A stretch of 38,206 bases of DNA from a virus. The notes below the pieces were generated by a model. That model made no database searches. It worked only from the letters and a program-made list of their open reading frames with translations, and was not told the origin of the DNA. The position numbers and the translations under genes are program-made. Positions 25,523 to 32,605 of this stretch are shown here, in pieces. The stretch lies in IMG/VR virus record IMGVR_UViG_3300013945_000001, positions 1 to 38,206 of that record; one strand, written 5' to 3'. Each line of letters opens with the position of its first letter. Positions within the stretch are counted from its first letter, which is position 1.

Positions 25523-26318
25523 GTTACTAAAGCATGTTAAAAAGACAAACGAATACTGCCAAATTCATCCAGAACAACAACTACTAGTGCTGGCTAACCA
25601 TGAACCCTTCTGTCCTAAATGCGTTGATGAGAAACGTAGGCATAAAAATAATGAGTTAGTCACGATAGGAGCTTTGCGCAATTACAAGCGTGGCTTCCAT
25701 GATGTGCTACGAAAAGATTCGATCATTGACGATGAGGACTTGTGGCAAGCGAGCTTTGATAACTACGAAGTCGATGCTGGTAGCGAAGCAGAAGTGAACC
25801 TGAAAAAGGCTAAGCGGATCGCATACAGGTACATGGATCGCAGCTACCAAGCTAACACAATCATTACGGGTAAGCCGGGGGTCGGTAAGTCACACTTAGC
25901 AATTTCCATGCTTAAGGGCGTCAATGAAAACATCAAGCCTGACGCTTCCTGCTTGTTCATCTCGATAAATGAGATGATGCGAAAAATTAAGGATTCGTTC
26001 GAGCATCGAGATAGTTATTACACCGAATCTCGCATGGTGGACTTGCTCGGTAAGGTTAGCCTACTTGTGTTGGATGATTTGGGCAGTGAGGCCTCGTTTA
26101 GGCGCGAATCAAGAGAAGCAAGTGAATATGTACAGCAAGTGCTTTTCGGCGTCTTAAACAAGCGGAGCCGGACAATTATCACTACTAATTTGAGTAGTAA
26201 GGAACTATCGGAAATATATAACCCGAAATTATTAAGTCGGATGTACAAAGGTGTCATTAAGAACGACGCGATTATCAAATTTGAAAAAACAGAAGATAAA
26301 AGGATGGCGATTTTTTAA
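25503..26318 (+). CDS. DnaC/IstB-like AAA+ helicase loader
   Basis: Walker A motif GKPGVGKSH and Walker B motif LLVLDDLG. Confidence 0.8.
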   Translation: MAGLNFELLKHVKKTNEYCQIHPEQQLLVLANHEPFCPKCVDEKRRHKNNELVTIGALRNYKRGFHDVLRKDSIIDDEDLWQASFDNYEVDAGSEAEVNLKKAKRIAYRYMDRSYQANTIITGKPGVGKSHLAISMLKGVNENIKPDASCLFISINEMMRKIKDSFEHRDSYYTESRMVDLLGKVSLLVLDDLGSEASFRRESREASEYVQQVLFGVLNKRSRTIITTNLSSKELSEIYNPKLLSRMYKGVIKNDAIIKFEKTEDKRMAIF

Positions 26319-26458
26319 TGTGTCAATTATGTGGCGATACGCAAGTTATTTATCAAGTCGATGGCGCAATTATGCAGGTGAAACCCTGCCCGAATTGCAA
26401 TGTGGAATACCGAAAAGCAAAGGAGCGTGAAGCTAATGTGGCGTTTGGTTGGAGTTAA
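26318..26458 (+). CDS. Small zinc-ribbon protein (46 aa)
   Basis: Manual translation gives MCQLCGD...CPNC. The ATG overlaps the upstream stop. Confidence 0.45.
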   Translation: MCQLCGDTQVIYQVDGAIMQVKPCPNCNVEYRKAKEREANVAFGWS

Positions 26459-27068
26459 TAGCAAGGAGGTTTATGGAGAAAGCAAGTATAAGTCGGACCT
26501 GCACAAGTGGATGCTTAAGAACTACACAAAATATGACGGTGACCGCAAGGATAGCATCTATATGGATATGCCAGAACCAATGCGCTATGTACGAGTTGGT
26601 ACGGCTGTTAAACAGTCCGATATTGAACAAGACTTATTGGATCGTGGCGACTACGAAGGCTTCCGTAAAGCTCGTGGGTTAAGTATCTCAAAGATTAAAA
26701 AGCGTAAGTATATTGGCGAAATTAGCATGACTCGGCACAAGATGAAGGTTGCACGGCAGAGCCTAATTCCAGAAATGCTTGATAGAAATCTTAGTTATGC
26801 TGACATTGCATGGAAGTTAGGCGTAGAGGTTCAAACGATCTATTCAGATTTGCGAGAACTCGGGATCGAAATAAAAAAGGGCAAGAACAAGAGGACACCT
26901 AAGAAGTGGACTAAAAAGGAAGATGCGTTTCTGATTGCCGAAAGAAGCAAGGGTGCAAAATTTGATGAGATTGCCGAAAAATTAGGCATGGCAAGCTATA
27001 ACGTTGCCAGTCACTGGTACAAGGTGTGCAAAAAGGAGGCGTCATCGATTGATCAAGTTAAGAATTGA
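26436..27068 (+). CDS. Putative DNA-binding protein (HTH plus Myb/SANT-like C-terminal repeat)
   Basis: Sequences LSYADIAWKLGVEVQTIYSDL and WTKKEDAFLIAE...EIAEKLG. Confidence 0.5.
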   Translation: MWRLVGVNSKEVYGESKYKSDLHKWMLKNYTKYDGDRKDSIYMDMPEPMRYVRVGTAVKQSDIEQDLLDRGDYEGFRKARGLSISKIKKRKYIGEISMTRHKMKVARQSLIPEMLDRNLSYADIAWKLGVEVQTIYSDLRELGIEIKKGKNKRTPKKWTKKEDAFLIAERSKGAKFDEIAEKLGMASYNVASHWYKVCKKEASSIDQVKN

Positions 27069-27450
27069 CGGCGAGCCAGTAGCCGCTAGTAGACCGAGGG
27101 TGACGCGGAAAGGCTGGGCGTACATTGCTCCGAAATACAAAGTCTATAAAGATAGAGCCCACTTAATTGTTAGAAATCAGTACAAAGGCGAACCACTAAT
27201 GGGCGCGTTGAAAGTTAAGACTACGTTTTATCGGTCGGTACAGAAAAGCGTGTCAAAAACCGAGCGTAGCAGAAGGCTTTCTAATGAGCATAGACCAATC
27301 TTTAAACCGGACATAGATAACTTGTTTAAAGCCGTGACAGACGCGTGCACAGGCGTTGTATGGCACGATGATAATCAGATTGTGAGCGTGGAGATGGATA
27401 AGATGTATGCCGAAGAGCCTAGAGTTGAAATGGAGGTTGAAGAGTTATGA
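27049..27450 (+). CDS. rusA: RusA-family Holliday junction resolvase
   Basis: TTG start 9 nt after AAAAGGAGG. Motif DIDNLFKAVTDACTGVVWHDDNQIV. Confidence 0.8.
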   Translation: MIKLRIDGEPVAASRPRVTRKGWAYIAPKYKVYKDRAHLIVRNQYKGEPLMGALKVKTTFYRSVQKSVSKTERSRRLSNEHRPIFKPDIDNLFKAVTDACTGVVWHDDNQIVSVEMDKMYAEEPRVEMEVEEL

Positions 27451-27584
27451 CGGCAGAGGAAATTGTTAGAGAAATCTACGGCAACAATTATACAATCGAT
27501 GATTTAAAACGCATTGAAAAAGCAGTTGCAGAGGAGCAAGAACATTGGCGAAAGAAGCAATTTAAAAAAGGAGATGGAAAGTAA
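27447..27584 (+). CDS. Small hypothetical protein (45 aa)
   Basis: ATGA overlap with the rusA stop. Confidence 0.4.
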   Translation: MTAEEIVREIYGNNYTIDDLKRIEKAVAEEQEHWRKKQFKKGDGK

Positions 27585-27955
27585 TGTATGTAATCAAAAA
27601 CACAGCAACTAATAGATATTATCGTAGGCTAGGAAATCAAGCCCACCAGTACGTAGGTATTGAGGATGCCACGGTATTTAGAAAATGGAAGCAAGCAAAA
27701 CAGAAAGCGGACATCTTACACGCTGCGATTAGTCCGATCGGTGAGCAGGTTAACTTCGAAGTTGAACAGCATAAGTTCTACATATTGAAGAATAAGGACG
27801 ATAAAGGCTACATGAACCAAGTGTCATGGACGGCCCCGAAAGAAGAAGCCAAGCTATTTGCTGAAAAAGAAGCGGCGTTAAAAGAAGCCGAAGAGATTGC
27901 GATTGGTATGGCGAAGGTAGGCATTGATGTGGAATTTCAACCGGAGGAAGTCTAA
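27584..27955 (+). CDS. Hypothetical protein (123 aa)
   Basis: SD AAAGGAGATGGAAAG; TAATG overlap with the upstream gene. Confidence 0.6.
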   Translation: MYVIKNTATNRYYRRLGNQAHQYVGIEDATVFRKWKQAKQKADILHAAISPIGEQVNFEVEQHKFYILKNKDDKGYMNQVSWTAPKEEAKLFAEKEAALKEAEEIAIGMAKVGIDVEFQPEEV

Positions 27956-27957
27956 TT

Positions 27958-28122
27958 ATGTTTATATTGTGGTATTTCTCGTGTGCACTTTGGTTGTTAC
28001 CGGCTGTGCTAATCGGATGTGCGCTTCACAGTGAACTGATTGGCGTAGCAATCTTTATATCGGCAATTATTCTACAGATGTGGATTAGCGGGATTGCTTA
28101 TTTGATTAAAGGAGGCAATTAG
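27958..28122 (+). CDS. Small two-TM membrane protein (54 aa)
   Basis: Manual translation; tight gene packing. Confidence 0.4.
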   Translation: MFILWYFSCALWLLPAVLIGCALHSELIGVAIFISAIILQMWISGIAYLIKGGN

Positions 28123-28123
28123 A

Positions 28124-28669
28124 GTGGATATTAAAGAGATAAAACGAAGATTAACAGATTTAAGAGATGAACGTAGCTTTGCCGCTGCTATTGAAACTGA
28201 TAAAGGAGTATTAGGCGAATATTTAAAAGGTAGTTATGAAGCTTATAGACTCGCAGTTGATATGTTAGAACACTTGGAACTTGAAAAAGTTGTTATTCCG
28301 CAGTTCGTGGCGGATTGGATTGAAAATGACCTCGATTATGTTGGGAAAGAACCTGTAAACATTGTACATGGAGTGGTTGAAGACGGTGATTGTGGTCCAC
28401 GGGGTGAGTGGTTAGATGATATTGAAAATCAAAAGCTATTACTCAATGCAATTGCCAATGGATATGAAGTTAAAAAAGAACCTAAGTATCGGGTTAAGTT
28501 GCCGGGATTAGTAGGGAGTAATGGACAGCAATATATTAGCAAATCAGCAGACGGTAAATTATTTGCTTGTGCATATCGTGACTACTTGCAACAAGAATTT
28601 ACCAATGATGAATTAAAGCAACTTCCTGATTGGATACGACGGCTTGAATTTGAGGAGGTAGAAGGCTAA
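28124..28669 (+). CDS. DUF1642-like phage protein
   Basis: GTG follows AAAGGAGG. Family assignment is from recalled similarity. Confidence 0.55.
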   Translation: MDIKEIKRRLTDLRDERSFAAAIETDKGVLGEYLKGSYEAYRLAVDMLEHLELEKVVIPQFVADWIENDLDYVGKEPVNIVHGVVEDGDCGPRGEWLDDIENQKLLLNAIANGYEVKKEPKYRVKLPGLVGSNGQQYISKSADGKLFACAYRDYLQQEFTNDELKQLPDWIRRLEFEEVEG

Positions 28670-28845
28670 TGGATTGGGAAACAGAAATGCAGAGATTACA
28701 GGATGAACAGGCAAAGTTAATGAAAAAGTTTGAAAGAGTATTGCGTAACATTAACCGGCATGATGATGATTTCGCGAAAGAATTAAGACAAATAACGGAA
28801 AAATTAATTAGTAATAATGTCGAGATAAATGCGATGTACCGCTAA
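28669..28845 (+). CDS. Small coiled-coil protein (58 aa)
   Basis: TAATG overlap with the upstream gene. Confidence 0.4.
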   Translation: MDWETEMQRLQDEQAKLMKKFERVLRNINRHDDDFAKELRQITEKLISNNVEINAMYR

Positions 28846-28954
28846 TTATAGAGAGGGAAGAAAACCAACAGAAAAGAAAGCTGTAATATCAACGTTTATA
28901 AGGCGTTTTAATTAAAGCAAGTAGGAAGCCTGTAGAAAAACGGAGGAATAGTAA

Positions 28955-29260
28955 ATGACTGAAATAAATCCGATTACAAAATTAAATGAATTTTCAAAAT
29001 ATGAAATCCCCAAAAGCCGTATGACTGTGGGGTTACAAAATAAATATAGATTTCCTAATGATTATGGTGCAAGCCTGATATACGCTCCGGGTAGTTATGG
29101 TTTGGAATTAGCTGTGTTAAATTTTAGTGCTAACCCAGAGGGCGATCTAGAATACAATACACCAATTACTAACGATGTACTTGGCTATTTGACCTGGGAA
29201 CAAGCTGTGGAAGCCCTAATTAAAATTAAAGAACTACCAAGCAATAAAATGGAGGATTAA
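28955..29260 (+). CDS. Hypothetical protein (101 aa)
   Basis: SD ACGGAGGAA upstream. Confidence 0.6.
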   Translation: MTEINPITKLNEFSKYEIPKSRMTVGLQNKYRFPNDYGASLIYAPGSYGLELAVLNFSANPEGDLEYNTPITNDVLGYLTWEQAVEALIKIKELPSNKMED

Positions 29261-29263
29261 CTA

Positions 29264-29461
29264 ATGAAAAACGTTTATGTAATTAGGCTAGGAAATTTGT
29301 ATTATAAGGGAAGAGAATTAAGTATAACAAACGATTATCGATACACAATGACTGATAATTTAAACGACGCAATTTTGAGTGAAAGTTTTGATGATGTGAA
29401 AAAGATTGCAGAAAAAATCGGTGGCAAAGTTTATAAAATCAATCTAGAAGAGGTGGAATAA
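29264..29461 (+). CDS. Hypothetical protein (65 aa)
   Basis: SD GGAGGA upstream. Confidence 0.55.
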   Translation: MKNVYVIRLGNLYYKGRELSITNDYRYTMTDNLNDAILSESFDDVKKIAEKIGGKVYKINLEEVE

Positions 29462-29465
29462 GTCG

Positions 29466-29642
29466 GTGTTAAAAGAGGTAATTAAGATATTTGTCTTAGT
29501 TGATTTAGCAGTAATCAATTTTGGAATAGCACCGGTGGTAGTTGATACGTATTGTGGAGAGCCTTGGTTTTCATTGTTTATGGCGCTGTGGTGGTTCCCT
29601 ACCGTAATAATAGTGGCTAAATTAATTGCGGAACAATGGTAA
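29466..29642 (+). CDS. Small membrane protein (58 aa, GTG start)
   Basis: Manual translation shows two hydrophobic segments. Preferred over the junk-like 158-aa antisense ORF. Confidence 0.4.
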   Translation: MLKEVIKIFVLVDLAVINFGIAPVVVDTYCGEPWFSLFMALWWFPTVIIVAKLIAEQW

Positions 29643-29783
29643 GGGAAAGCAAGCAAGGGAGCAAAATGAAAAATGCATATTGAAGAACATATATTAGACA
29701 AATAGTAATAAAAAAGAGCACCTCGCAGACGTGCCCTAGATCTAATAATCTCAACAACATTATTATAACAGGAGTGACGGGGC

Positions 29784-30218
29784 ATGACATTATTACCAGA
29801 ATTAGATGATGAAAAGACAATCAAAAACGTTAAACGTTTCTTCGAAAAAGAATTTCCAACCTTGCAAAACATGGCCCATATTTCATTTGTCGACATCAAG
29901 TCGCCGGTTATTAGTGGCATGCCGGTAGCTCACGGCATGGATAATGGATCGGAAACTAAAGCAACTCTGCATGTCTATGCTAAGAACGTGTTACACAAAG
30001 TAATAATGGCGTGTGGTGGCTTAGATTGTCGGCATCGCAAAATTTTAGAGCTACGCTGTTTTAAAGAGCTAACGTGGCTTGAAATATATGAAGTAACAGG
30101 CTACGGAAAAACTAGGGCGCAAGAGCTGCTAAATGAATCGTTTATACAGTTCGCGTGGGCGTTTGCAGACGTTGACGATTTGCGAGTGTTCAAAAGCGAA
30201 CGCTTAGCGACCGATTAG
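29784..30218 (+). CDS. ArpU-family late transcriptional regulator
   Basis: 144 aa with a sigma-like C-terminal HTH (LTWLEIYEVTGYGKTRAQELL). Its position upstream of the terminase genes supports the call. Confidence 0.7.
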   Translation: MTLLPELDDEKTIKNVKRFFEKEFPTLQNMAHISFVDIKSPVISGMPVAHGMDNGSETKATLHVYAKNVLHKVIMACGGLDCRHRKILELRCFKELTWLEIYEVTGYGKTRAQELLNESFIQFAWAFADVDDLRVFKSERLATD

Positions 30219-30262
30219 CGGACACAGGGCGACCGCAAAATGCTGTATATTGGTAGTATCGA

Positions 30263-30361
30263 AAGATGTAGGGCAGATGGTTCGACAGACTTCCGTTTCA
30301 ACAAATTCAATCAGGGAAGGCATGTTACGTTTGTTGCAAGGTTCGATTCCTTGCTGTCTTA
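30263..30361 (+). ncRNA. tRNA-like module 1: canonical T-arm and acceptor-like pairing, but no canonical D or anticodon arm
   Basis: T-arm CAAGG-TTCGATT-CCTTG (30337-30353). AAGATG (30263-30268) pairs with TGTCTT (30355-30360) as 4 Watson-Crick (WC) plus 2 GU pairs. Confidence 0.4.
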
Positions 30362-30483
30362 TTACCGGTGTGTTTGACGTCGCAGTTGGTAGCTACGGAT
30401 AAGCAAACACAAAAGAAGTCTGGTGGAGATACATAAAGGCCAGCATAAGTCCTACTCGGAAACCATCGGGGACAACTACCAGG

Positions 30484-30616
30484 TGAGATGTGGCGGAATA
30501 GGTAGACGCTATAACACAATGACAGAGACTGTGAACCTATCGGAGCGGTGTTAAGATGATGGGATTTATTCCCTATGCCGACACAGTTATGTAAGGTGCA
30601 AATCCTTACCATCTCA
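30484..30616 (+). ncRNA. tRNA-like module 2: tRNA-Leu-like D-arm, 7-bp acceptor and 6-bp T-stem, with a 70-nt insert in place of the anticodon loop
   Basis: TGAGATG/CATCTCA (30484-30490/30610-30616). D-arm region TGGCGGAATAGGTAGACGC. ATAAC/GTTAT (30511-15/30586-90). T-arm GTAAGG-TGCAAAT-CCTTAC. Confidence 0.45.
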
Positions 30617-30630
30617 TTCTTATAACTAAG

Positions 30631-30661
30631 GTCACATGACGCTATCGTTGTGTGGCTTTTT
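30631..30661 (+). terminator. Intrinsic terminator directly upstream of the terS ribosome-binding site
   Basis: 11-bp stem 30631-30641/30646-30656 (3 GU pairs), loop CTAT, followed by TTTTTATTTT. Confidence 0.7.
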
Positions 30662-30693
30662 ATTTTGTCCTAAAGGAGGTGTGGTGATATGTA

Positions 30694-31185
30694 ATGAAAC
30701 TAACAGCTAAACAAAAGAAGTTTGCGGATAACTACATCAAGACTGGCAATGCTACTCAATCGGCAATTGATGCTGGTTATAGCAAGAAGACAGCGCCAAC
30801 GATTGCAAGTGAAAACCTAATAAAACCTAACATTAAAGCGTACATCGATAAAAAGATGCGAGAGATTGAATCAGACCGCATTATGGGGGCACAGGAAGCT
30901 TTAGAGTTCCTCACTAATGTAGTTAGAGGCGAGGAGCTTGAAACGAAAGTGGTCACCACACAGTACGATGTAAGCACAGTGAAGGTGCCGGCTGATGTTA
31001 AAACCAAGATTAGCGCTGCTAAAGAGATTCTTAAACGTTATCCTGACAACGATAAGTTACTTGAACAGCAGATTAGGAAGCTTACCGCCGAAGCTGATAT
31101 AAGTGAGTACAAAGCCAAAGTAATGACCGATGCTACAAACTTAGAAGATAAGACAGTGATTGTGAGTGATTTGCCAGATGAATAA
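30694..31185 (+). CDS. terS: Terminase small subunit
   Basis: SD AAAGGAGGTG. N-terminus MKLTAKQKKFADNYIKTGNATQSAIDAGYS is typical of this family. Confidence 0.85.
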   Translation: MKLTAKQKKFADNYIKTGNATQSAIDAGYSKKTAPTIASENLIKPNIKAYIDKKMREIESDRIMGAQEALEFLTNVVRGEELETKVVTTQYDVSTVKVPADVKTKISAAKEILKRYPDNDKLLEQQIRKLTAEADISEYKAKVMTDATNLEDKTVIVSDLPDE

Positions 31186-32524
31186 GGTAATTAAACTTAG
31201 TGACTTAATACAACCGCACTTTTATAAGTTTTTTAATTCCAACAAGAATTATTTCATTCTTAAAGGCGGGCGTAATTCGTTTAAGTCCAGTACCATTAGT
31301 CTTAAGCTGGTTATGATGATGAAGCAACAGATTCAGCGCAATCACAAAGCCAACATAGTTTGTGTTCGTGAGAATGCTGTTAATTTACGTGATTCAGTGT
31401 TTAACCAGATTAAATGGGCAATTGATATGCTGGGCATGACTAGTGAGTTTAGATCTAGTGTTAGTCCTATGAAAATTGAACACATACGTACAGGTTCTAC
31501 TTTTCGATTCTATGGTGCTGACAATCCAGAAAAGCTTAAGTCGAACACGATTAGCAATGTAATTGCACTTTGGTACGAAGAAATAAGCAACTTTAAGAGC
31601 GGTGAAGTATTTGACCAATCTAACAGTACTTTTGTACGTCAAAAAAGCCCGTTCGTAGATGCCGTTAAGATATTCTACTCGTTTAACCCCCCTAAAAGTA
31701 AATATAATTGGGTTAATCAATGGGCAGAAGAGATGGCAGGAGACCAGGACTATTTCATTGATACGTCTGATTACACTATGGATAGGCTAGGTATTATCCA
31801 GCCTGAACAACTGCGCATGATTGAGAAATACAAGCGGAATGACTATAACTATTATTCATGGCTGTACTTAGGTAAATCAATCGGTATCGGTAACAATGTG
31901 TACAACATGAAGTTGTTCCATAAATTGCAAGAGATACCAACCGATGATGAGATTAAATCATTAGCCGTTGGTTTGGATGCGGGGCACATTAATTCGGCTA
32001 CGACAGCCGTTGTTATTGGCTTGACGTCTAAAGGCAAAGTGATCGTGTTAGACACTTATTACTATAGTCCGCACAACAAAGCAAATAAGAAGGCGCCTAG
32101 CGACTTAGTCCCCGAGATTAAGTCTTTTTTAGATTCCGTACAAAAACGGTATGGGAACAAGCGATACATCAAGTTAACGATTGATTCGGCAGAAGGTGCT
32201 ATGCGAAACGAATTCGTAAAGGAGTTTAATTTGCGTTGGCATGGAGTGATTAAGAAAAAGGAAGCTGAAATGATTGACTTCGTGTCTAACTTATTGGCTC
32301 AAGGACGAGTTTATTATTTGGATAATGAAGACAATAAAATCTTTATTGACCAGCATGAACGTTATTCATGGGACGATAAGACTTTTGAACTGGACGAACC
32401 TAAAGTTATTAAAGAAGACGACCATACGTGTGACGCATTTAAGTACATCATTATGGACCTAGCTTCCAAACTAGGACTTAAGCAAGGCAATAAAGCCGCA
32501 GTATTGAGAAATGATTATATTTAA
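31178..32524 (+). CDS. terL: Terminase large subunit (PBSX/XtmB-type, headful)
   Basis: Walker A-like motif GGRNSFKSS. The size and position fit a large terminase subunit. The start could instead be the GTG at 31166. Confidence 0.85.
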   Translation: MNKVIKLSDLIQPHFYKFFNSNKNYFILKGGRNSFKSSTISLKLVMMMKQQIQRNHKANIVCVRENAVNLRDSVFNQIKWAIDMLGMTSEFRSSVSPMKIEHIRTGSTFRFYGADNPEKLKSNTISNVIALWYEEISNFKSGEVFDQSNSTFVRQKSPFVDAVKIFYSFNPPKSKYNWVNQWAEEMAGDQDYFIDTSDYTMDRLGIIQPEQLRMIEKYKRNDYNYYSWLYLGKSIGIGNNVYNMKLFHKLQEIPTDDEIKSLAVGLDAGHINSATTAVVIGLTSKGKVIVLDTYYYSPHNKANKKAPSDLVPEIKSFLDSVQKRYGNKRYIKLTIDSAEGAMRNEFVKEFNLRWHGVIKKKEAEMIDFVSNLLAQGRVYYLDNEDNKIFIDQHERYSWDDKTFELDEPKVIKEDDHTCDAFKYIIMDLASKLGLKQGNKAAVLRNDYI

Positions 32525-32605
32525 GGAGGTGGTCTTATCCAAGGAATTAATGAAAACATATTAGTAACTGATAACAATACGCTAGTATTTCCAGCAGACA
32601 AAGAG

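Larger units (their letters stand above)
30219..30661 (+). ncRNA. Candidate large structured ncRNA or leader containing tRNA-like modules
   Basis: No credible ORF. Contains D-loop-like and T-loop-like motifs and several long-range helices, and ends in a terminator. Confidence 0.5.

Noticed and set aside
29444-29920. 158-aa minus-strand ORF
   Set aside because: It overlaps two plus-strand genes, including the ArpU-like start. Its composition is junk-like, and it has no SD.
30240-30300. Hammerhead-type self-cleaving ribozyme (a CGAAA motif is present near 30258)
   Set aside because: The required CUGAUGA core is absent; the nearest string is CUGUAUA.
30325-30612. 95-aa minus-strand ORF across the structured region
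   Set aside because: It has no SD and a Cys/His/Ser/Pro-rich junk-like composition. It lies antisense to tRNA-like motifs that only make sense on the plus strand.
30263-30616. Phage-encoded tmRNA (about 355 nt, with GGTTCGAC near the 5' end and a T-arm at the 3' end)
   Set aside because: There is no G3:U70 alanine identity pair and no encoded CCA. The 3' T-loop is non-canonical (TGCAAAT). I found no plausible tag reading frame ending in a hydrophobic tail plus a stop. The idea is kept only as a test to run.
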